A stretch of DNA of 64,000 bases, from contig CBDCWC010000003.1 in the NCBI GenBank assembly GCA_965223295.1, positions 1,600,001 to 1,664,000 on the forward strand, written 5' to 3'. Position numbers and translations under genes: made by a program. This DNA comes from Nitrospirales bacterium (lineage in GTDB: Bacteria > Nitrospirota > Nitrospiria > Nitrospirales > UBA8639). The notes beneath the pieces were generated by a model. The model saw only the letters and a program-made list of their open reading frames with translations, was not told the origin of the DNA and searched no databases. Within the stretch, counting starts at the first letter, position 1, and the number at the start of each line of letters is the position of its first letter. Of the stretch, positions 10,183-18,720 are shown piece by piece.

Positions 10183-11268
10183 CTATTGCCTTTTTTTCTT
10201 GGCTTGCTCTAACAGGCCCATCATTAAGAGAGGCCAGACCACCGTGGCGTCGCTTAACACTTCTGCGAATTGTCCACCCTCTTTTTTCGGCACAAATTTT
10301 CCCCATGAGACGCCTTCCTCATATGTGCAACCGCTTAAGCCGCCCCAATAATCCGGTTCTGGACAAATTCTCACCCCATAGTGAAAGCGTGGGGGAGTGA
10401 GCTGTGTGCCCATCCGCAGATTCAATATTTCAATATACGGGGGCGTTTGTTGCGACCAGTTCCGGGGAACGCCTCCGCCAATGGTAAATATACCAAGCCG
10501 TTTGGCGGAGAGAAGTTTTTCAGTGTAACTATTTAAGTCCAAAAAGGGATTGAATGTGGGACAGGATTGCCGTAGTTGATTCCAAATTTCCTGGTCCGTT
10601 TTCCCTGTCTGGTCTGGTTTCTTACCATTCATTCCCCAAATCGAGACATCCAAGCCTAACTCAGAATCCGTGAAAGCCGGAATATACACGGGTACTTGTT
10701 GTTCATAGGCACTTTTCAGGATGCCTGCGCCGGGATAGTTGTCATGTAAGGTTTTCCCCAATTCATGGGTGAGTATTTCGGAGGACAATGGCGTCTCAGG
10801 CGTCAGTCGTTTGAGTGTTTCACCAACCACTTGTTCAACATGATTGAGATTTAATTCCATTTCCAATGTGTCGTATACTCGGTTATAGCCCTTTTCAAAA
10901 AGCTCGACATCGGTCATGGATGGGTGATACTTATAATGTGTTTTCCCCACCGCTTCGGTGAGACCATGGGCAATCAAGGCACCTGTTGAGACGACGGCTT
11001 GTACCATGCCTCGGTCCAACATGCTGCAAATAATTTTGCCCATCTTTGCAATTGTCATGGCACCGGAGAGTGTCATGACTACGGCGCAGTCAGGGTCTTG
11101 TACCATCTTAGAAAGAATCTCAAAGGCTTCGCCTAAGCGACGTCCTCCAAAGGCTGTTTTTTTCATCGCCCCTAATAGATCGGAAAACGAATGAATGGAT
11201 TCTGGGTCTAAGGCCTCTAAGGCCTCTAGGCCATCACTCTCGCCGTCATGAAATGTTCGTGTGCTCAT
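10183..11268 (-). CDS. Deoxyhypusine synthase-like protein (probable homospermidine biosynthesis)
   Basis: TLSGAMT, YNRVYD, PAFTDSELG, IGGGVPRN, GGLSGCTYEEGVSWGK with the catalytic Lys, SDAT. Confidence 0.9.
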   Translation of the reverse strand: MSTRTFHDGESDGLEALEALDPESIHSFSDLLGAMKKTAFGGRRLGEAFEILSKMVQDPDCAVVMTLSGAMTIAKMGKIICSMLDRGMVQAVVSTGALIAHGLTEAVGKTHYKYHPSMTDVELFEKGYNRVYDTLEMELNLNHVEQVVGETLKRLTPETPLSSEILTHELGKTLHDNYPGAGILKSAYEQQVPVYIPAFTDSELGLDVSIWGMNGKKPDQTGKTDQEIWNQLRQSCPTFNPFLDLNSYTEKLLSAKRLGIFTIGGGVPRNWSQQTPPYIEILNLRMGTQLTPPRFHYGVRICPEPDYWGGLSGCTYEEGVSWGKFVPKKEGGQFAEVLSDATVVWPLLMMGLLEQAKKKRQ

Positions 11269-11375
11269 GGCCTAGGTTTCAAATTTATATGGTTACCGTA
11301 GTGACATAGTTGAGGGTGGCAATGGGAAGGTCAGAAAAGGCGGACGGGAAAAGCCCATTGTAGCAATCGGAATGT

Positions 11376-11453
11376 TGGTGATCCCAACGGGATTTGAACC
11401 CGTGTCTGCACCTTGAGAGGGTGCCGTCCTAGACCAGCCTAGACGATGGGACC
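11376..11453 (-). tRNA. tRNA-Glu(CTC)
   Basis: Reverse complement GGTCCCATCGTCTAGG...GCACC CT CTC AA GGTGC...GGTTCAAATCCC...ACCA; cloverleaf with encoded CCA. Confidence 0.95.
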
Positions 11454-11509
11454 GATATATCAGCCTGGCAAGTAGCTACGAAGCATCAAGCCACTCTATG
11501 TTCTATGCC

Positions 11510-11753
11510 GAGAGCATTGAATAATAAAGGTATCAAAGGTCATATTTCGCCAGGAAGCCCTTGGCGATCAATAGCGTTGGGTCTGTTCAAAAAAGTCATT
11601 CCAGCAAGGCCGCAGCCATTTTTGCGCGTGGAGCGTACTGGCATTATGTGAGCACGGAAAAATGGTGACCTGCCTGTGCGAAGCCGCTTTCAGCCTTCGT
11701 AACCACTTCGGCGAAGGCAGGGAATGCCGCTGGCGGCTTTTTTCAATAGACCC
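11510..11753. mobile_element. MITE family A, copy 2 (244 bp, with a 53-bp palindromic insert)
   Basis: Ends GAGAGCATTGAATAA / TTTTTCAATAGACCC; ATGCC direct repeat on both flanks. Confidence 0.9.
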
Positions 11754-11860
11754 ATGCCCAGAATGTACCATTTGAGTCTGATAGGTGCAATCAAATGGGA
11801 CAGCAGGACAGATGGACAGTTTTGGAAGGAGAGAGAAGAGATAGGAACGAATAGAAGTCC

Positions 11861-12268
11861 TTAAATATCGGACGAGGGAAATGATTGTGGTGGATGGATC
11901 GTAAGGAGACCGCGCATAAATGGGTGAATCCCGCAGTGATAGGGATAGCGCCCGGGTGTGAGTTGTGGAAGGGTATAATGCGCATTAGGCCCCAAAAAAC
12001 CGGAATCAAAGGAGCAACTGGATCCTACCCGGCAATCATCAGAAACGATCGTGTGAGGCTCATGGGTCCGGTTTTTCCAGGTCAGTGGGGTTCCCAGAGT
12101 TATCGTGAGCTGGTTAGGGGAGAAGAATGGTGGTTGTGCATAGATATCAATGTCTTGTGAAGAGACGGCCCCTAACATGGTAGGGGCTGTTGAAAGTAGC
12201 AGGGGCAAGCTGCAGACCACACTGGTTAGGCCTAATCTCTTTAGGGATATGTTGGGGCTCTTCAACAA
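11861..12268 (-). CDS. Exported cupredoxin (plastocyanin/azurin-like)
   Basis: Signal peptide; PHTIV and YHCGIHPFM type-1 copper ligands. Confidence 0.85.
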   Translation of the reverse strand: MLKSPNISLKRLGLTSVVCSLPLLLSTAPTMLGAVSSQDIDIYAQPPFFSPNQLTITLGTPLTWKNRTHEPHTIVSDDCRVGSSCSFDSGFLGPNAHYTLPQLTPGRYPYHCGIHPFMRGLLTIHPPQSFPSSDI

Positions 12269-12335
12269 GAAAATGTCTCTCCATCGTTCATAGCCGGCAA
12301 TTAAAAAACCGTTGTCTTCACGAGGGATAGTCCCA

Positions 12336-13883
12336 TTATGGTTTAATGGTCAGGAAGATGGTCCCTTTCCCTCGTTGGATGAGGGCCAGCACCGAGTCTT
12401 TTGCACTGAGCTCTTTTGCTATATGCTCAAAATCTTCTACCGAACGGATTGTATGGCGATTGATCTCTAGCAGAATGTCGCCCTGCCGGATGCCGGCACG
12501 TTCGCCGGGAGAATTGGGTCTTACTTGGGTCACGACCACCCCATTTCCCTCGGTCGTTTGTCCGGGTTTCACGGACTCTACGGACAAACCAGCCAGTGCA
12601 TGGTCGCCTTCTATTGAATCAGGACTGGCCTTGGCTAATGAAGCCACATTTTTGGGCATTTCCCCAATTGATACCGATAGCTCGACTTCCTTGCCATTGC
12701 GCCACACCACCAAGGGAACTAAGGTGTTGGGAGCGGTATCTGCCACCAAGGTTCTCAGGTGGGTTGGGTTTTTTACGACGACATTGTTGTACTTTCGAAT
12801 CACATCACCTCGTTGGAGTCCAGCGAGTCCAGCCGGACTGGTGCTAAATACATCACCAACTAATGCACCTCGGGTATCAGGTGCATCAAATTGTTTCGCC
12901 AAATCTTCATTTAAATCTTGTATGGAGACACCTAACCAGCCTCGAATAACCTTGCCATGCCCGATGAGGCTTTGCATAACATGCTTGACCATCTGACTGG
13001 GAATGGCAAAGCCAATGCCCATATAGCCACCCGTGCGTGAAAAGATTGCCGTATTGATGCCGATGAGCTGGCCATGCAAATTGACCAAGGCTCCACCTGA
13101 GTTGCCGGGATTAATGGCAGCATCTGTTTGGATAAAATTTTCATAATCTACGATGCCAACATTCGCTCTGCCCACCGCGCTAATAATACCCATCGTGACG
13201 GTTTGGTTCAGGCCAAACGGGTTACCCACTGCGAGTACGAGTTCTCCGACCTGAAGGCCAGTGGAGTCTCCCCAAGGCAACACCGGGAGGTTCTTCGCAT
13301 CGATTTTGATCACGGCCAAGTCAGTTTTAGGATCAGTTCCAATGAGTTTGGCTGGAATTTTTCGTTTATCGCTTAAGAGGACCATGAGTTCATCGGCTTG
13401 TTCAACCACATGATTATTGGTCACGATATACCCGTCATCAGACACAATGACTCCGGATCCTAACCCTTGTTCCTGCCGTTCCCGTGGCTGCTTAAAGCGG
13501 CGCTCAAATTCCTCTCCAAAAAATCGTCGAAAAAAAGGATCATCAGAAAAAGGGGCTTCCGGCGCTTGAGCCGTGCGTTTCGTGGCCGAGATGTTGACCA
13601 CGGACGCCATGGCATCTTTGGACACTTGAATAAATGTCTCATTCGAGGCCAAGAGTGGAGTGGAGACTTTGACGATTGGAGCGGCATCGGAAGCCAGCGC
13701 GACTGCAGGTTGCGATCGGGCCGCTGCCAGAATTTCAGGAGAGGTAGTTGCTGAGGGATTCTGAGATGGGGATTCGGAACATTGGATTAGTGTGAATCCA
13801 AGTAACCCCACTAAGGCTAGTTTTATAGATAAGTAACCTGTGAGGTTCCTTGTCGATCTTCCTAATTTCAACAACGGCTTCAT
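12336..13883 (-). CDS. DegP/DegQ (HtrA) serine endoprotease with two PDZ domains
   Basis: GSGVI, TNNHV, TDLAVIK, AAINPGNSGG; two PDZ-like regions. Confidence 0.95.
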   Translation of the reverse strand: MKPLLKLGRSTRNLTGYLSIKLALVGLLGFTLIQCSESPSQNPSATTSPEILAAARSQPAVALASDAAPIVKVSTPLLASNETFIQVSKDAMASVVNISATKRTAQAPEAPFSDDPFFRRFFGEEFERRFKQPRERQEQGLGSGVIVSDDGYIVTNNHVVEQADELMVLLSDKRKIPAKLIGTDPKTDLAVIKIDAKNLPVLPWGDSTGLQVGELVLAVGNPFGLNQTVTMGIISAVGRANVGIVDYENFIQTDAAINPGNSGGALVNLHGQLIGINTAIFSRTGGYMGIGFAIPSQMVKHVMQSLIGHGKVIRGWLGVSIQDLNEDLAKQFDAPDTRGALVGDVFSTSPAGLAGLQRGDVIRKYNNVVVKNPTHLRTLVADTAPNTLVPLVVWRNGKEVELSVSIGEMPKNVASLAKASPDSIEGDHALAGLSVESVKPGQTTEGNGVVVTQVRPNSPGERAGIRQGDILLEINRHTIRSVEDFEHIAKELSAKDSVLALIQRGKGTIFLTIKP

Positions 13884-14041
13884 ATATCACTCCTTACCAA
13901 TTGCTTTTATCGGTTTGCACAACCCAAGTCCCAAGTGTCGCAACGTCGACCTTATGCTCAAATATGAATTGATATGTGTATCATATCATCATCATGCGCT
14001 TGAGCGGAATGTAGGGGCTGCCAGAAAACATGAACGATTTC

Positions 14042-14746
14042 TCAGGAAGATGCAGGGTGAACAGGCTGTGTAAGGCGTGGTCCTTGATCGGTTCCCGCAA
14101 TAACGAGCGTAGCCATGTTGACAAAGAGCCCGCATTCGATCACTCCGGGAATCTGTAGAAGCGTTGATTCAAGAGCCCTGGGGTCATCAATGTGGGGAAT
14201 GTGGGCATCAATAATAAAATTCCCATTGTCGGTGAGAACCGGTTGCTCGTTTCGTTCGCGCCGTGGTGCGGGCCATCCCATTCTTTCAATATGTTTTTGT
14301 GTCGTGCGCCAGCCAAATGAAAGAGTTTCAATGGGCAAGGGAAATGGCAAGCCTAACTGAGAAACCTGCTTGGCCTCATCCACAATGACAATAAATTTTT
14401 GAGCGGCACGTGCCACAATTTTTTCTCGGAGTAATGCACCACCTCCGCCTTTGATGAGATGGAGTTTCGGATCAACTTGGTCAGCGCCATCAACAGCGAC
14501 ATCAATATGCCAGGGAACGTCATCCCCTAATAACGGAATGCCCAGCTCTTTCGCGTAGGTCTCTGTTGCTTGTGAAGTGGGCACGCCTTGCACGCGCAGG
14601 CCTGCCTGGATGCGCTCCCCCAAGGCTGTCAGAAAATGTTGTACGGTCGATCCTGTCCCCAATCCAAGAATAGCGTTGTCGGGGACATATTCTACCGCCT
14701 TCTGCGCGGCTTGGGCTTTCTGCTGATCAGGTGTCAATGAAGACAT
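14042..14746 (-). CDS. rpiA: Ribose-5-phosphate isomerase A
   Basis: GLGTGST, DGADQVD, IKGGGGALLREK, TDNGN. Confidence 0.95.
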   Translation of the reverse strand: MSSLTPDQQKAQAAQKAVEYVPDNAILGLGTGSTVQHFLTALGERIQAGLRVQGVPTSQATETYAKELGIPLLGDDVPWHIDVAVDGADQVDPKLHLIKGGGGALLREKIVARAAQKFIVIVDEAKQVSQLGLPFPLPIETLSFGWRTTQKHIERMGWPAPRRERNEQPVLTDNGNFIIDAHIPHIDDPRALESTLLQIPGVIECGLFVNMATLVIAGTDQGPRLTQPVHPASS

Positions 14747-14770
14747 GAAAGAGGGGGATGAAAAATTCGT

Positions 14771-15826
14771 TTATGATGTCATGCTGGCTGCAACTGACGC
14801 GGCGCCAAGCAATGCGGCATGCGGATTCAGAATGACCCGAACGGGAATGTTGCCCAGTAAACGTTTGTAGCGGCCCTTAGCTAAAAAGGCCTTCATGAAC
14901 GTTCCGTCTTGGAGCGCAGGTAAGATCTTTGGTGCGATTCCTCCACCAATATACACCCCTCCCATGGCCAAAGTTTTGAGCGCCATATTTCCAGCTTCGG
15001 CCCCGTAGATCGAAATAAATACTTGTAAAGCGGTTTTGCAGATCTCAGGCTTTCCTTCCAAGCCAGCTTCGGCGATCAAGTTGGCAGGGTCCCCTGTTGG
15101 GAGTTTTTCGGCAAACCAAGTGGGTTCGTTTTTTTGTGTATCACGCAAAAATTGATAAATCAGATGTAAGCCGGGTCCGGAAAGTACGCGTTCATAACTC
15201 ACATGTAAATAACTCGTGCGCAAATAACGCAACAATTCAATTTCGAGATCGTTATTGGGAGCAAAATCCGTATGACCGCCTTCTGAGGGACAAATATGAT
15301 AATCCTTCCCAGTCCAAAGGAGCAGCGACTCTCCCAAGCCAGTACCGGCGGCCAGTAATGCACGGGTGCCATCGGGTGGAGGGGATGGGGCGTGTGGATT
15401 GAGATCTTCTATTTCGTCTGGCTGCAAAAGCTGAAGGCCATAGGCGGTGGCCTCTAAATCGTTTAAGAGCCGAACTTGAGGAATTTGCAAAAACTCAGCG
15501 AGCGTATCGCCGTTAATCGTCCAGGAAATATTTGTGGTACGGCAGGCATTATTTAGCACAGGGCCAGGTACGCCAAAACAGGCGGCAGTCAATAAGGTTT
15601 CGGAGGATACGGGTTTTGTAGGAGGGTCTTCGGATTCTTCTCGAGTTTCCTCTAAGTCGTCTTCTGTCGATTCAGTTTCTTCCAGGAATTCCGTCAATGC
15701 TTCTTCCAAAGACTCATAATCTGTCGTATAGAGCGTATCTTCCCGGATGGGATCTACGCGTTCCTTATCCCAGTCGTACAGGGCCAAATTGATTTTTGTT
15801 GCGCCAATGTCTCCAGCTAGAATCAT
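14771..15826 (-). CDS. glk: Glucokinase
   Basis: LAGDIGATK, LLNDLEA, AGTGLG, SEGGH, ERVLSGPG, GGGIAPK; acidic insertion near residues 48-76. Confidence 0.93.
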   Translation of the reverse strand: MILAGDIGATKINLALYDWDKERVDPIREDTLYTTDYESLEEALTEFLEETESTEDDLEETREESEDPPTKPVSSETLLTAACFGVPGPVLNNACRTTNISWTINGDTLAEFLQIPQVRLLNDLEATAYGLQLLQPDEIEDLNPHAPSPPPDGTRALLAAGTGLGESLLLWTGKDYHICPSEGGHTDFAPNNDLEIELLRYLRTSYLHVSYERVLSGPGLHLIYQFLRDTQKNEPTWFAEKLPTGDPANLIAEAGLEGKPEICKTALQVFISIYGAEAGNMALKTLAMGGVYIGGGIAPKILPALQDGTFMKAFLAKGRYKRLLGNIPVRVILNPHAALLGAASVAASMTS

Positions 15827-15947
15827 AACTTTCTCAATTCAATAAACACATGAAAAGGTCATCAATACCTTGAAGTCACCATAGCCCAGATAAAATCGCG
15901 GAGGCAAGGGAAGAGGTTTGGGAGTAATGTTTAGCGGGTCTGGGTAG

Positions 15948-16412
15948 TTACAAAAAGGTCCAATGAGAAAAAGCGGCAGCTTGGCCAAGGGGAGTGCCAT
16001 CTAGTTTTTGGACATTCCAGACTGTCGCGCGTTCCACTAGAAACCGTTTGCCACTTTGCGAGATCCTGACCCCTCGATAGTCACTGATGTATCCCTGAGT
16101 TCTCGCTTGTTCCAGCATACGCGCTCGTTCTTCCCGATTCACGGGTTCAGCCGTAAGGCGTGATGGGGTTTGGGTAAATTGTTCCCAATCCATCTCCCAT
16201 AAATCTAGAGCAGCCTGGTTCCCATAATTTAAAATGGGATCATCTTCTAACCTATGGGAAGCCACAACGAACGGGCTTGTAAAAAGACGTTCTGCCTGTT
16301 CAATTGATTTTCCTTCTCTGAGAACGAGCTCTTCCTCTACTAAACGGGCGTAGCTATCCAGCAAATGTTGCGTCCATTCAACAACCCAAGGGCTTCTCCA
16401 ATAGTTTTCCAT
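15948..16412 (-). CDS. MEKHLA domain protein (PAS-like)
   Basis: PFVVASH...DPILNYGNQAALDLWE...PSRLTAE...YRGVRIS..GKRF....VWN....GQAA. Confidence 0.9.
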   Translation of the reverse strand: MENYWRSPWVVEWTQHLLDSYARLVEEELVLREGKSIEQAERLFTSPFVVASHRLEDDPILNYGNQAALDLWEMDWEQFTQTPSRLTAEPVNREERARMLEQARTQGYISDYRGVRISQSGKRFLVERATVWNVQKLDGTPLGQAAAFSHWTFL

Positions 16413-16521
16413 TCTATCTTTAGGGGTCAGACTCGATTAAATTGGGTATCAGTCAACAGAGATTATCATTGGTTGTTGCATTTAATCGAGGCTGACCCGT
16501 AAGTCTTTCCAGTTAGGGCCG

Positions 16522-17028
16522 CTATTTTGACAGGAAGCCAGAGATAGTATCAGCAATTTGCTGTGGAGAACTTTGATCGGTGGGGATAGCATGATCGGCG
16601 GCGGCTTGGTATTTGGGTGTGCGTTCTTTGAGAATATCTTCGATTTCTTCGACGAAGGTTTTGGTGCCTGAAAGTGAGGGTCGTTGAGTGTCGCCGGAGA
16701 TGCGTTGTGCAATAGTGGGAACTTCGGCTCTCAACCAAAAGAAGGTGCCATTGGCTTTGAGAATCTTGACGTTCTCTTCTTTCAGGATAAGTCCTCCGCC
16801 GGTATCGATGACCAAGTTGTCTTGGTTCTGTAATTTTCGACACATCTGTATTTCCAATTCTCGGAAATGATCCCACCCGAATTGCTCGACGATTTGAGGT
16901 ATGGTTTGTCCCACCTCTTTGACAATTTCGGCGTCGGTAGACAGGACTTTCCTTCCTAGTCGTTGGCCTAAGATTTTGGCAACGGTGCTTTTTCCAGTGC
17001 CTCGGTATCCGATTAAGATAATGTTCAT
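16522..17028 (-). CDS. aroK: Shikimate kinase
   Basis: GYRGTGKST P-loop, FRELE, TGGG, RPSL. Confidence 0.95.
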   Translation of the reverse strand: MNIILIGYRGTGKSTVAKILGQRLGRKVLSTDAEIVKEVGQTIPQIVEQFGWDHFRELEIQMCRKLQNQDNLVIDTGGGLILKEENVKILKANGTFFWLRAEVPTIAQRISGDTQRPSLSGTKTFVEEIEDILKERTPKYQAAADHAIPTDQSSPQQIADTISGFLSK

Positions 17029-17060
17029 GGTTTGATTATTTGTCTGCCTTTCAGTGTTTT

Positions 17061-17099
17061 TCCCCTCACCCTAGCCCTCTTCCCAAGGTGGAGAGGGGA
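17061..17099. repeat. REP-like GC-rich palindrome (CCCTCACCCTAGCCCTCT...GAGAGGGG)
   Basis: Imperfect hairpin between aroE and aroK resembling a widespread extragenic palindrome type; single copy in this window. Confidence 0.55.
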
Positions 17100-17128
17100 T
17101 ACATTGATGACTGATTCCTGAGTGGGTA

Positions 17129-18022
17129 TTATTTGAACTGGGCAGTGAGGATATTTCGCATGGTGTCTACTGGGGCAGTCTGGCCAGTCCAGAGTTCAAA
17201 TTGTCCAACCGCTTGGTGCAAAAACATGTCAATTCCTTGAATGGTCTGACAACCAGCTGCTTGGGCATCCTGGAGCAATTGCGTATTGAGAGGGTTGTAG
17301 ACAATGTCCATGACGGTTAACCCTGGATGGAGAAAATTTTTAGGGACGCAACTTTGCTCAACCTTTGGATGCATGCCAATGGGCGTACAGTGGATCAACA
17401 ATTGAGAGGCCGCCGCCGCCGTGCCTAATGTTGAGTCCTCTAAAGGATAGTCGGTTACGGACATTTCTGTTTTATTTCGAAGATCCGTGGCAAGCGCTGT
17501 GCGTTCCTTGTCGTCGATGCCCAGCAGAACGAGATTCCCAATTTTCCCCTCTACACAGAGGCCGAATGCAATGGCTCGGGCCGCGCCTCCGGAACCTACT
17601 ATGATCACTTGTTGATCCTCTAACGTGACGCCCCCAAGTCGCAACGCTTGCAACGCACCGGTCGCGTCGGTATTGCGGCCGATCAGCTTTCCATTTTCTT
17701 TAAGAATGGTATTCACTGAACCAATGTGTTGTGCCGTGGTTTCAATGGAATCCAAAAATGGCATGATAGACACCTTGTGCGGAATAGTCACACTGAATCC
17801 GCGTATGTGCCCTAATGCGCGGATGCCCCGTATGGCGTGGTCCAGATCTTGGTTTTCGACGGGAAAGGCAAGATACGCGAAATTCAGTCCCAGTTTCTGA
17901 AATGCGGCGTTATGAATTGCCGGAGAAAGGGAATGTTCGACGGGGTTACCGAGAAGGCCACAAAGGCGAGTCTGTGCTGTGATTGCCATGCTGTTCTCCG
18001 CCATGGGTTCAAGTGCGGTCAT
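17129..18022 (-). CDS. aroE: Shikimate dehydrogenase
   Basis: HSLSPAIHN, SVTIPHK, NT, NTD, GSGGAARA, DIVYNP. Confidence 0.95.
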   Translation of the reverse strand: MTALEPMAENSMAITAQTRLCGLLGNPVEHSLSPAIHNAAFQKLGLNFAYLAFPVENQDLDHAIRGIRALGHIRGFSVTIPHKVSIMPFLDSIETTAQHIGSVNTILKENGKLIGRNTDATGALQALRLGGVTLEDQQVIIVGSGGAARAIAFGLCVEGKIGNLVLLGIDDKERTALATDLRNKTEMSVTDYPLEDSTLGTAAAASQLLIHCTPIGMHPKVEQSCVPKNFLHPGLTVMDIVYNPLNTQLLQDAQAAGCQTIQGIDMFLHQAVGQFELWTGQTAPVDTMRNILTAQFK

Positions 18023-18189
18023 GCCGAGCCCTCGTTATCACATAACCGAGTCCTGAAACTCAACTGGTTCAAGCAGAGTTGCCGGCCTTGCTCTGTTACG
18101 AAAGCCGCAATATGACTTCCAGTATTCCTGTGGTTTTGAGATGGTTGTCAGCGGGAAAAGGAAGGGAAGCCTATTGGGGGAAGGTGTAT

Positions 18190-18218
18190 TCCGGAGAGCA
18201 GAAACCTACTCCCCGGAT
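18190..18218 (-). terminator. Stem-loop downstream of the basic peptide ORF
   Basis: Minus strand TCCGGGGAGTAG-GTTT-CTGCTCTCCGGA (with G-U pairs); no clear U tract. Confidence 0.4.
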
Positions 18219-18243
18219 CTACACATAGTCACGTCCGGGATAG

Positions 18244-18330
18244 TTATCGTGACGTTTTTTTCTTTGTGGTAGCCTTCTTCATGCGAACGGCGGCCTTTTT
18301 TACTGGTTTCTTTTTGGCAACTTTAGCCAT
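18244..18330 (-). CDS. Small Lys-rich basic peptide, 28 aa (not in ORF track)
   Basis: MAKVAKKKPVKKAAVRMKKATTKKKTSR; strong SD AAGGAGGTGA just upstream; hairpin downstream. Confidence 0.7.
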   Translation of the reverse strand: MAKVAKKKPVKKAAVRMKKATTKKKTSR

Positions 18331-18459
18331 GAGATCACCTCCTTAAAAAATAATTAGTAAGCAATACTATTCACGTTTATCGGCAGACATAAAAAAATCA
18401 TGAGGGATTTTGTGAATTTTTTGCCTACCTGGTGAGGGTGGCGGGGTAATATCTTTGGA

Positions 18460-18650
18460 GGGTCTGTTGAAAAAAGCCGCCAGCGGCGTTCTCGCCCTTT
18501 TTCCGTGCTCACGTTGTGCCAGTACGTTCCGCGCGCAAAAAAGGCTGCGGCCTTGCTGGACGGACTTTTTTCAACCGACCCGACACTGTTGATCGCCCAG
18601 GGCTTCATGGCGAAATATGGTCTTTGATATCTTCATTATTCAACGCTCTC
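18460..18650. mobile_element. MITE family A, copy 3 (191 bp)
   Basis: Ends GGGTCTGTTGAAAAA / TTATTCAACGCTCTC; TTGGA direct repeat on both flanks. Confidence 0.9.
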
Positions 18651-18720
18651 TTGGAGGAAAGAGTCTTTGAGACTGTCATTGAGCCGCGTCATGCTGGTGT
18701 GCAATGTTGGTGAGACGGAT

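Noticed and set aside
12346-12996. Long antisense ORFs within degP and other housekeeping genes
   Set aside because: Antisense shadows without independent motifs
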